DNA from: Candidatus Poseidoniales archaeon
GTDB taxonomy: Archaea; Thermoplasmatota; Poseidoniia; Poseidoniales; Poseidoniaceae
DNA length: 64,000 nucleotides
Reading direction: 5' to 3'
Assembly (NCBI GenBank): GCA_003602415.1
Contig: QQSK01000013.1
Span: 10,152-74,151 of the forward strand
Positions within the stretch are counted from its first letter, which is position 1. Each line of letters opens with the position of its first letter. Shown here in pieces: positions 38,401-46,396 of the stretch. Both the position numbers and the translations under genes were made by a program. Below the pieces are notes generated by a model, which was not told where the DNA came from, made no database searches, and saw only the letters and a list, made by a program, of their open reading frames with translations.

Positions 38401-40476
38401 AGCCTATTCTATTGGGTTGAAGCGGACCACGACTTGAACCGCAATGGTGAAGCAGACCCAAGTGAATATGCTGAGAAGATTGTCGTCAATCAAACCGAAG
38501 CAGACTTCAAGACATTCTCCACAACAATCGATCACTCAAGAAATCCGAATATGGGTCGAGTGTCCTACTACTGGGACGGTGGAGACAGAGCAGGTAATCC
38601 TCTACACTACTCTACCATTATCGATGACCAAGTGTATGATTGGGAAAGCGGACCTGGGTTCGATAGCGATGATGCTACGTTTAGAAGTCGGAAGGACTCA
38701 TCTGCAATTTTCACCGGATTAGATTGGGCTGGACACAATGATGGAGCTCCAATCTTTGCAGGAACCGAGCAGAAAATTTCTCTTGGATTAATCGATGCTA
38801 ATACTGCAATCGATTTCGAGTATATTGATTTGGTATTCGACTTCGAAGGCCCAGATAGCAATGTGGACCAGCAAAGAATCTCGTATTATGGAATTACAGA
38901 CTCGTTTGCTAGCAATTCTGAATTCATCAATCTTGCATCCAGTTCATCAATGGTCCAAACAACAAATGAATCTGGAATGCCTCTAATCTTAATCGATTTC
39001 GACTTCACAATTGGTTGGGATTGGCCTGATGAAGAGATATCTGACCTTGCTTTAGAATACAAAGAGAGAGGTGAAGATTCACCAACACGCCATATTATTG
39101 CTGAGCATACTTTCACTGTAGAGAATGATTTAGTTCTCGAAGCATCATCATTCTTGGTTGAAGATATCAGTGAGCCAAGAACGGGAATTGTTGCTGATGG
39201 TAGTAGAGTCAGAAATGATGACCGACTTGAATTTACAGGAAGGGTTGTTTACGAAGGAAGTAATGTCCCTGCTCCAAATGATGCGTCGATAGTAATCGAG
39301 GTATTCGATGGAGAAAGCATCTGGTCGGATGGCTCAATTGGCGAAGATGGTAGTTATTCAGTGGAAGTTCCACTATCACACGCAGAAACCCTTCAATCCT
39401 CACCAACTAGGACCTGTTTGATTTCTATTGGCGGGATCCCTGGCAAAGGAGAAGATATGACTGGCCAAACAGTATCTACTACTCTTAGAGTGGTTGTAGA
39501 CGACACAGCTCCTAGAGTTGTTAGTCGAACAGCCCCAATGAATGTAATCGATATTTCTGAAACTACTGACTTGACCAAAGTCCCAGTAGAATTCCATGGC
39601 ACAGAAGATGCTGACATGACAGGTTCTGAACAGGTTGTACATTGGGTCATGAGAGACTCAAGCCGTACTCTGACTATGGGTGCAGGCCAGTCTAAATTAG
39701 GAATGCAACAGGATGGTCAGAGTGTGATTTGGACTGGAACAGTTGACCTAACCGACAATGGAAGAATCACATTGCGTGAAGGTGATTGGGTTGGATTCTA
39801 CCTAACAGGTTACGATTCTGCAGGTAATGAATTCCCAGTTGTTTCTAATTCAGAAGCTAGCCCAATTGCAGAGATAGCAGCAGATGATACAGATTTCGAA
39901 CGTCAGTGGGTAAGGTTGGGTGCAATAGGTCCTCAATTGAAGATCGATTCGATTACTCTATCCGATGACCACGTTGCACCAGGCCAAGAGATTCAGATAA
40001 CTGCCGATGTTAGAAACGTTGGTGGAGCAACCAACTCGCAATTCAAGGTGTCATTCTATGCAGGAGATGCAATCGTGCCATTCGATTCATCAACTTTGAA
40101 CAAGATTGGTTCTGACCAAGTAATTCCAGTTTCAGTAACATGGAATGCAGAGGAAGGAGTCGATAGAATTCGAGTAGTAGTTGACCCTGATGATGTGATT
40201 GTAGAGGTCAATGACGATGATAATTCAGCCGAACACAAAGTCGAAATTGTCTATGTCTCATACATGGGATGGTTCGATTCTATTCGTGAGCAACCATTGA
40301 TTTGGTTATTCTCCATACTTTCAATTATCGTTCTTGTTGGAATTGGAATCACTGCAAATCGTACAGCGATCAATCATGGTGACGATTCGATCTATGATGA
40401 AGAATGGGAAGACGAAGAAGAAGAATGGGACGAAGACGACGAAGAGGATGACGACGATTACGATGAGGACTATTGA
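35479..40476 (+). CDS. Giant secreted surface protein with CARDB-like domain, C-terminal TM anchor and acidic tail
   Basis: Signal peptide MKKSVFLVTVFVLSVLSPIAMA from the GTG at 35479, preceded by an AGGTGAT RBS. S/T/Y-rich beta region, CARDB-like ITADVRNVG..VDPDDVIVEVNDDDN, TM helix, D/E-rich tail. Confidence 0.85.
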   Translation: MKKSVFLVTVFVLSVLSPIAMAEVTETQFQGGSTSYTHSFSGTGSGFAGNLTFPYGAEVTAASFEVTGHPSSTTWGNLSTNSDFGGAGSGTWVGTPPGFASGSRSNLEVGNDQVKLRGNPTNNLNGIDRSAEATSTETINNTGGFASNGDQGFIGATSKQTSFSLTSSTSNYRGFIIAHGDEYHSASYSGSSMYSTPVVKRYNSTTGAFIGSASISSGSCSYSTPLYSTYDATSDGEGNVWTVSYSYRVLFKWSVSPTTGAWTCLGSYTYSSSYYPVGVDVDEDSGRLFLLMYQSSYPNYNRYLYEVNPSSPSSINGSWLLGSREQMGTTSTTATGLVVDLPRIMTNEYYSSYGYHNYFTMNGIFVEKMGKLQLSEGGHYGMDQLGDNTIGSQCHYNAYCSTANRNKILREGTGAIYDYRTPTSTSSVVTSTTTSLTRQITEITVSGIVGFIPDNTSIELEVSNDGGTTWMSGLFNQKLIFSTAGSNVLWKAYLNGTSSETPVLDFVVLTYSTSYTTSGYFQLRSNYYSGNAPVAITAWWNATTPAGTGLQVEFQDSSTKTFQYSGDSKTVTMTSGYIYIYVRYTSTGSDTPVLDDLNIALHSDAPEQVGIDIGGVNGWTSQGVLLGTTTRGGIQFVNAFNSQIPDEGSGSVSIPVNLTSQTSGIVVLERFSVTYKINTVNLDISIPDGEILHERNEPYEVVTRHIVGDGANNYIQSATLSFLASPASSAPTLEWQDGDIFPSPNDPDDWVDIDQSSWSVLNNGILEIHWLFYVTSNFPDQQNVRFSTNCLDTSGSNGYSPSPLSSDTGLRVNNSFGLGWMNIRDNDGEVTSNDVEDGSWVAAGETLHFQGAMWFADSTDAPKDNAFDVRISQNGYVDAAWRDTSNVNGSFFISIQMPDIDVESGLSYEVQTYNERDSTMVLDSNSDWFRTYKVDATAPEALDTYPENDAYEAADTDQKISISISDNVGDPTELSLFYWVEADHDLNRNGEADPSEYAEKIVVNQTEADFKTFSTTIDHSRNPNMGRVSYYWDGGDRAGNPLHYSTIIDDQVYDWESGPGFDSDDATFRSRKDSSAIFTGLDWAGHNDGAPIFAGTEQKISLGLIDANTAIDFEYIDLVFDFEGPDSNVDQQRISYYGITDSFASNSEFINLASSSSMVQTTNESGMPLILIDFDFTIGWDWPDEEISDLALEYKERGEDSPTRHIIAEHTFTVENDLVLEASSFLVEDISEPRTGIVADGSRVRNDDRLEFTGRVVYEGSNVPAPNDASIVIEVFDGESIWSDGSIGEDGSYSVEVPLSHAETLQSSPTRTCLISIGGIPGKGEDMTGQTVSTTLRVVVDDTAPRVVSRTAPMNVIDISETTDLTKVPVEFHGTEDADMTGSEQVVHWVMRDSSRTLTMGAGQSKLGMQQDGQSVIWTGTVDLTDNGRITLREGDWVGFYLTGYDSAGNEFPVVSNSEASPIAEIAADDTDFERQWVRLGAIGPQLKIDSITLSDDHVAPGQEIQITADVRNVGGATNSQFKVSFYAGDAIVPFDSSTLNKIGSDQVIPVSVTWNAEEGVDRIRVVVDPDDVIVEVNDDDNSAEHKVEIVYVSYMGWFDSIREQPLIWLFSILSIIVLVGIGITANRTAINHGDDSIYDEEWEDEEEEWDEDDEEDDDDYDEDY
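40396..40473 (+). repeat. Low-complexity GAY/GAR repeat encoding a poly-acidic tail
   Basis: Encodes DEEWEDEEEEWDEDDEEDDDDYDEDY. Confidence 0.7.
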
Positions 40477-40523
40477 GTCCTCGAATCGTTGCCCTCTTGA
40501 ACCAGTGGCTTCGCCCTATGCCC

Positions 40524-43500
40524 ATGGCCGAAGGTGTCTTCTCTAAGCTCGAGCAGAGTTTGCAGAAGGCTCTTGAAGAGAGAAATTGGTCACCTACTCC
40601 TGTTCAGCAAGCGACGCAAGATGACATTGCTGCAGGTTTAGATAGACTAGTTGTTGCACCGACTGGCTCGGGTAAAACAATGGCAGCGGTTCTACCATTA
40701 TTGGACAGATGTCTTCGAGAAAAATGGACTGGTATGTCCATTCTGTATATCACACCACTTCGCGCACTCAACAGAGACGTGGATAGAAGATTGGAGGAGA
40801 TTACTAGTGCAGTAGGACTACGGTTAGGCCTTAGACATGGAGATACTCCTCAATCAGAACGAACCAAACACGTGAGGAACCCTCCCAATGTGATGATTAC
40901 CACTCCTGAAACATTCCAACTAATGTTCACAGGTTCTAAATTGAGAGAATTACTTCGAACCGTAGAAGCGGTAGTAATCGATGAAGTGCATGAGATGGCT
41001 GATGGTGAGAGGGGTTGGCAACTGTCGGTTGGCCTTTCTAGACTAGAGATTTTCAAAGGCTCAAAGGTCCAAAAAATTGGCCTATCTGCTACGGTAGGAA
41101 ACCCCGTACAAGTTTCTAGATGGTTGTCCAAAGAAGCCAAACCAATAGATGCAGTTGCTCCACGTACCACGGAATTGTCAGTGGATGCAATTATCCAGTC
41201 ACCTGAAGATGAAATCGGCTCTCTTGAATTAGCGATTTCACCTCGTGCCCATGCAACATTAAGAGGTCTAGCCGATATTGTTGCAAAAAAATCCCCTTGC
41301 TTAATTTTCGTAAATTCAAGAAATAGTGCGGAAACAGTTTCACAGCGTTTGCAGGCTATTGCCCCAGATTTGTCAATCGGAGTTCATCATGGCTCTTTAG
41401 CCAAAGAAACGCGAACCAAGATGGAAGATGATCTCAGAAACGGATCCTTACAAGGATTGGTTTGTACTTCAAGTCTAGAATTAGGAATCGATGTAGGAAG
41501 TGTGAATCACATCGTTCAGATTCGCTCACCGCGCTCTGTAGATCGTATGCTTCAGAGAGTTGGTCGTGCAGACCATCGATTAGGAGGTATTGGAAGCGGG
41601 CATTTGTTGAGTTGGGAATGCGATGATATATTCGAATCAGCGGTTATTGCTCGTAAAGCAGTATCGGGTGAAATCGAACCGGTTGAATGGAGAGATATGC
41701 CGCTTTCAGTCGCAGCAAATCAAATTGTAATGATGGTACATAGCCATGGAGCACTACCTATTGATTTGGTAACAGAATCTATCTCCGGTGCATTGCAATT
41801 TGAGAATTGGAATAGAAGCGATACAATTGCTATTGGTAACGTATTGGCTGACCGTTGGGTCATCAGGTGTGTTGAAGACACTTCCACAGTTCCTTGGTAT
41901 AGATGGCCTCACGATGTTTGGCAAGAATTGGTCAGAGTCTCAAAAAAAGCATTACCAGAGCAGCCTAAACTTGCCTTCGATGAAGAACCAAGTGAAGAAT
42001 TAGCAAGGCTGACATTCGAAGTTCCAGCTAAGTTTGCCAAGGGTTGGGTTAGCAGGTCTGGTAAGACTCGTCAGTGGGTTTCACATCATTTATCGATGAT
42101 TCCTGACAAGCAATCTTACAGGGTTCGAGATGCTGTGACACGACAGAGTTTGGGCAATGTGGATGAAGCGTTCGTTCTTTCTCTAAATGATGGAGGGGAA
42201 GACCAAGATGGCAGTCAGCGCAGGTTTGTTATGGCAGGACGTACTTGGATAGTAGTAGACGCAGACCCAGAACAAAACGAGTTACTTGTTGCGCCAGTAT
42301 CAGACCAGGGACATGCTCCACAATGGGTTGGAGAATTACCCCCTACGCCAGCAGATGTTGCTCGAGAAGCAGGGCGATTACGCAGATTGTTTGCAATCGA
42401 TTTAGGTCTCATCAGTGATGAAGAAATCGAAGAACTTGACCCTGCTGAACTCCTCAAAGGTCATTCAGAATTGGATGACTATCCGCTGAATGGAGAGGCT
42501 AAAGGTATTCTAGCAGATGTGATTACAACTCATTTTAATTCAGCAAAAATGATTCCAAGCGAACGTCTGATTACAATCGAAGATCGAGACGAGGCTTTAG
42601 TAATCAATTCATGTCAAGGTAACAGAATCAATGAAGCTCTTGGCCACTATCTCCTAGCTATGGCTAGTACTAGGTCGGGTAAGTGGGGCCGTTTGATAGT
42701 AGAACCATGCAGAATCTCTTTGCAAGTTGGGGGAGTAAGGCCTGCTGAATTGATAGAATGGCTATGCGAAACTCCTCCTGAAGCATTGGAAGGCGTACTT
42801 TCTGTAACACTACCTAATTCCAGAGAAGTAAGATGGAGGTTTGCTCAAATCGCCAAAATCTTTGGTATTTTACGCCACGGCGTGGATCCTCGAAAAATCA
42901 ACATTCAAGCATTGTTGAAAAAATATCGCGGCACGCCTGTAATGCAGGAGGTATTATCCAAACTGTTCCATGAAAGGATGGACATCGTCGGTGCTACAGA
43001 TGTAATGAGGGCGATTCAATCCGGATTGATTGGCCTAGAGGTAACCGCTACTGGACCTTTAGGAATCTCCAGTAGGTCAGAAAAAGATTTGTTGTTGCCC
43101 AATTTCAACAATCAACAGGTCAAAGCAAGATTAGAAGGGCGTTTGATGAACGAGAGAGCTGTTCTTTGTTGTCTCAGATGTACCTCAATCCGTAGGTTTA
43201 GAGTAGCTAGATATCCTGAAATCAACGATTCAAAGAAGTGTTTGAAATGTGGAGGCCAAATGTTGGCTTGTGCGAGAGAGGGGTTGGAGAAACAATTGAT
43301 TGATTGGGTTAAATCAGACGATGAAAAAGTCCGAGACCGTATGATGAAAAATGCCCAATCAGTCGCAAATAGAGGCATGGATGCAATCCTTGCACTCATG
43401 GGTCGTGGAATAGGGGAGGCAACTTGTCAAAGATTGATGCGAAAGGTTCAGCGTGGTGACAAGGATGGTTTGTTAGAAGCGATTCACATTGCAGAAATAG

Positions 43501-43532
43501 AATATGCCAGAACTCGTAGGTTCTGGGGTTAA
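40524..43532 (+). CDS. lhr: Lhr-family SF2 helicase (archaeal, with C-terminal Zn finger)
   Basis: APTGSGKT, YITPLRALNRD, RHGDT, TTPET, DEVH, LSATVG, HHGSL, LELGID, QRVGRA; C-terminal CLRC..CLKC. Start is likely 40518 or 40524. Confidence 0.93.
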   Translation: MAEGVFSKLEQSLQKALEERNWSPTPVQQATQDDIAAGLDRLVVAPTGSGKTMAAVLPLLDRCLREKWTGMSILYITPLRALNRDVDRRLEEITSAVGLRLGLRHGDTPQSERTKHVRNPPNVMITTPETFQLMFTGSKLRELLRTVEAVVIDEVHEMADGERGWQLSVGLSRLEIFKGSKVQKIGLSATVGNPVQVSRWLSKEAKPIDAVAPRTTELSVDAIIQSPEDEIGSLELAISPRAHATLRGLADIVAKKSPCLIFVNSRNSAETVSQRLQAIAPDLSIGVHHGSLAKETRTKMEDDLRNGSLQGLVCTSSLELGIDVGSVNHIVQIRSPRSVDRMLQRVGRADHRLGGIGSGHLLSWECDDIFESAVIARKAVSGEIEPVEWRDMPLSVAANQIVMMVHSHGALPIDLVTESISGALQFENWNRSDTIAIGNVLADRWVIRCVEDTSTVPWYRWPHDVWQELVRVSKKALPEQPKLAFDEEPSEELARLTFEVPAKFAKGWVSRSGKTRQWVSHHLSMIPDKQSYRVRDAVTRQSLGNVDEAFVLSLNDGGEDQDGSQRRFVMAGRTWIVVDADPEQNELLVAPVSDQGHAPQWVGELPPTPADVAREAGRLRRLFAIDLGLISDEEIEELDPAELLKGHSELDDYPLNGEAKGILADVITTHFNSAKMIPSERLITIEDRDEALVINSCQGNRINEALGHYLLAMASTRSGKWGRLIVEPCRISLQVGGVRPAELIEWLCETPPEALEGVLSVTLPNSREVRWRFAQIAKIFGILRHGVDPRKINIQALLKKYRGTPVMQEVLSKLFHERMDIVGATDVMRAIQSGLIGLEVTATGPLGISSRSEKDLLLPNFNNQQVKARLEGRLMNERAVLCCLRCTSIRRFRVARYPEINDSKKCLKCGGQMLACAREGLEKQLIDWVKSDDEKVRDRMMKNAQSVANRGMDAILALMGRGIGEATCQRLMRKVQRGDKDGLLEAIHIAEIEYARTRRFWG

Positions 43533-44683
43533 TCAGAATCTAGTTCCAACAAGTTAACTCTCTTGGCAGCCTCGACAACATCTCCTTCTTCCCACCAGTC
43601 CACAGCGATGAATGTAGGCCTCTTGCCATGGGTGTCAATACATTCGATGGCCCTATCGACCATGAAATCAACATCATTCGCCTCACCAGCACGGGTAGGG
43701 TCAGATAGTCCAGCTTGATTCTTCAACCAATTATTCATGTGAAATGCTGGTTGATTAGAATCTCCTCTCAATGGTTCACAATCCATAGACGCAGTGTCAT
43801 CATCCGCATAATTGGTAGTCCAACTGTGAGTCAAGAAATCATGGAAATATGGGTGTGCTGAATCACCAGGTTGTTCCCAGAATACAACCAATCGCTTGTC
43901 CATGTTTATCATTTCAATCAATGTAGGCCATTCTGCATTCATCTCATGTATATACATTTGATCCGTAAGTCCCACGTCATCAAAAATTTCCTTCAGGTGG
44001 TCTCCTTCTACGTGATTCTCAATAAGTAAAGTCACGATGTCACGGTCTTCGCTACTCATTTCAGATTCTAATTTGTTCAACCAGTTCCAAGGGTCGACAG
44101 CGCCATATGTACAGGGGCTAAATCCTCTATCTGAATCTCCATGACAGAATCGAACTTGAGACACGCTTTGGTCTGCAGTTGTTAGATAATGTGTATCGAG
44201 CATGAATGCTCTCATTCCAGCATTCCATTGTGCTTGGAAGCCAGTTCGATGATTGCTTGCAGGGTAGTAGATATTATCCTCATGTGTCGAGAAGGAATTA
44301 TGAGTTTCAGGGAAAGTCACTTGGTCGTATGTTCTGTGACAAAGAATAACCAAACCGTTACACGGGATGGTCTCTAGATATTGACAGGTACCATCGTCTT
44401 GGGTAGCGTTTGAATCATAATTTTCTGCTTCAGAATCTGTGCATCCTAGAACAGGTTCGGGTTCAGGCTCCTCATATTCGCACGAACCATCATCTTCCTC
44501 TGCCTCCGGATTGTAATTTTCAGCATCGGAGTCCGTACAACCTCGTATGATTTCAGCCTCAACGATTTCTTCGTTTTGCGAATCATCTTCACTATTCAAA
44601 TCGTCAAGATAAGTACATCCAGGTAGAAGTAGCAAACTTATCGCTACCAGAACCTTGAATGTGTCCATAGTACACATGGCCAC
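43529..44683 (-). CDS. Lipoprotein with GCTD repeats and a PI-PLC-like phosphodiesterase domain
   Basis: Lipobox LLLPGC; THNSF, QWNAGMRAFMLDTH, FCHG, DIVTLLIE, RLVVF and PTFIAVDW are PI-PLC X-box-like motifs. Confidence 0.8.
   Translation of the reverse strand: MAMCTMDTFKVLVAISLLLLPGCTYLDDLNSEDDSQNEEIVEAEIIRGCTDSDAENYNPEAEEDDGSCEYEEPEPEPVLGCTDSEAENYDSNATQDDGTCQYLETIPCNGLVILCHRTYDQVTFPETHNSFSTHEDNIYYPASNHRTGFQAQWNAGMRAFMLDTHYLTTADQSVSQVRFCHGDSDRGFSPCTYGAVDPWNWLNKLESEMSSEDRDIVTLLIENHVEGDHLKEIFDDVGLTDQMYIHEMNAEWPTLIEMINMDKRLVVFWEQPGDSAHPYFHDFLTHSWTTNYADDDTASMDCEPLRGDSNQPAFHMNNWLKNQAGLSDPTRAGEANDVDFMVDRAIECIDTHGKRPTFIAVDWWEEGDVVEAAKRVNLLELDSD
44378..44543 (-). repeat. Two tandem GCTD..A.NY...A..DDG.C.Y protein repeats
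   Basis: GCTDSDAENYNPEAEEDDGSCEY and GCTDSEAENYDSNATQDDGTCQY. Confidence 0.8.
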
Positions 44684-44706
44684 GGTATTGGATTTGAAAC
44701 CACCGT

Positions 44707-45189
44707 CTAAAATCGTGGGTCTTTAGGCCCATCTGTGCGTCTAATAGCAACTCCATGCTCAATCAGATAGTCCACCCCATTGACTCCACCAAAACCGCCA
44801 TCGACGATTATGACTTGTCCTATTCCTGCGTGATGAATTAGTTTAGCACACATCATACAAGGTTCTCCAGTAACCAACAACCATGCGTTATTGGTAGGAA
44901 CTCCATTAGCGGCTGCGTTGCAGATAAGATTCATTTCGGCATGGTGGCATCCTATTTCGACTCTAGTGCCAGATTCGACTTGCATAGTATCTCGTAGACA
45001 CTCATCGCCTCCACAAAGTTCTCCTCCGCCTCGAGGGCCACCATTGTATCCATCCATCAGAACTACGTTTCTTTTTGGATCTACCAAAAGAGCTCCAAAT
45101 TTTCGTCGAGGACAGTTACTAGCCTTTGCTAGGGCAAGACATTGTTCGATACGAATAGCAAGATGCTTGTCCTTCATCGGTTGACCCAA
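44707..45189 (-). CDS. dCMP deaminase (ComEB-like)
   Basis: SNCPRRKFGA, GYNG, HAEMN, PCMMCAK. Confidence 0.9.
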   Translation of the reverse strand: MGQPMKDKHLAIRIEQCLALAKASNCPRRKFGALLVDPKRNVVLMDGYNGGPRGGGELCGGDECLRDTMQVESGTRVEIGCHHAEMNLICNAAANGVPTNNAWLLVTGEPCMMCAKLIHHAGIGQVIIVDGGFGGVNGVDYLIEHGVAIRRTDGPKDPRF

Positions 45190-45203
45190 ACCGATTCACT
45201 TCA

Positions 45204-46328
45204 TCAAATTATGTCGGCATCTAATCCAAGGTGAGATAGGATATTTCCACATAAGTAAAGTGAGCCAGTTACTAGAATCAAATCACATTCTGCGGTAAAT
45301 GATTCTATTGCAGTGCTAGGTTTTTCAATATGTTTAGCACCCTCTATTGGTGCTATAACTCCAGGGTATCTGCCTTCCTGAGGTTCAGTAGTAATCACTT
45401 CGACAGGAGGATGTTCAATCATCAGCCGAAATAGAGGATTTAGAAATGAATTCATATCTTGCTGAGGGGATGTTCCAAACAATAACGACCATCTTTCTGG
45501 CAAAACCTTGGCAATTTCAGGAATCGCTCTTAGCATACCACTTGGATTATGTGCGGCTTCTAGTAGATAGTTCGGATTCCCAGGAACAAATTGCATTCTA
45601 GCCGGCCATTGTATGGGTCTCCTAACAAATGAATACCCAATCATCGCACAGAGCCTTTCAGCTAAATCGCCGGCTTCTTCCATGAAAGTAGTTGATTGAG
45701 GAGAGTAAAATCTTGCACTAATCGCCTCTTCTCTCATCGCATTTCTCACTCTGGGAGAACCAGGGTCTCTGATGAGCATAGGGACACCACTTCTCCATAT
45801 CGCCGCTTTTTCTCGAGCGACTTTTTCGATAGTATCGCCCAATATGTCGCTATGCTCTAAACTAACAGAAGTGACCAAGCAACCTACGACCTCTGCACTT
45901 CTTGTGGCATCTAATCTGCCACCTAATCCTGTTTCAAGTACCATTATCGATGCTCCGGCATCTCTGCATGAAAGCAATGAAACAAGATAGGTAATCTCGA
46001 AGAAAGTCAATTCCATTTCTAAAGCTCTAACCGTTTCTAGAGCCTTGTCAAATTCCTCACTGGAAATCGATTTTCCATTCATTCGAACTCTTTCTTCAAT
46101 TTTGATTAAATGAGGCGAAGAAAACAGTCCTACCCTATATCCGGCTCTAACCAATCCCGCAACCAGTTGAGCACAAGCACTTCCTTTGCCATTCGACCCA
46201 GCAACATGGATGCAATCCATGCTCTTATCTGGGCGGCCAAGGGCTTCGAGTGCATCGTTTACTCTTTCTAATCCAAGCGACATACCCTTGGATTTTGAAG
46301 AGAATAACCACTCTCTAACTTCCTGCAT
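45204..46328 (-). CDS. folC: Folylpolyglutamate/dihydrofolate synthase
   Basis: IHVAGSNGKGS, SSPHL...ER, TFFE, ETGLGGRLDAT, EHSDILG, EKAAI, AHNP, TGSLYL. Start placed at the ATG at 46328. Confidence 0.9.
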   Translation of the reverse strand: MQEVREWLFSSKSKGMSLGLERVNDALEALGRPDKSMDCIHVAGSNGKGSACAQLVAGLVRAGYRVGLFSSPHLIKIEERVRMNGKSISSEEFDKALETVRALEMELTFFEITYLVSLLSCRDAGASIMVLETGLGGRLDATRSAEVVGCLVTSVSLEHSDILGDTIEKVAREKAAIWRSGVPMLIRDPGSPRVRNAMREEAISARFYSPQSTTFMEEAGDLAERLCAMIGYSFVRRPIQWPARMQFVPGNPNYLLEAAHNPSGMLRAIPEIAKVLPERWSLLFGTSPQQDMNSFLNPLFRLMIEHPPVEVITTEPQEGRYPGVIAPIEGAKHIEKPSTAIESFTAECDLILVTGSLYLCGNILSHLGLDADII

Positions 46329-46334
46329 AGTGTT

Positions 46335-46351
46335 TGGCCCCGTAGGGGCCA
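46335..46351. repeat. GC-rich triloop palindrome (copy 3)
   Basis: TGGCCCC-GTA-GGGGCCA, between the divergent folC and presenilin-like genes. Confidence 0.65.
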
Positions 46352-46396
46352 GACCATCCAATGATTAGAAAACCACCCTCACTCTCGGTGTAAAGC

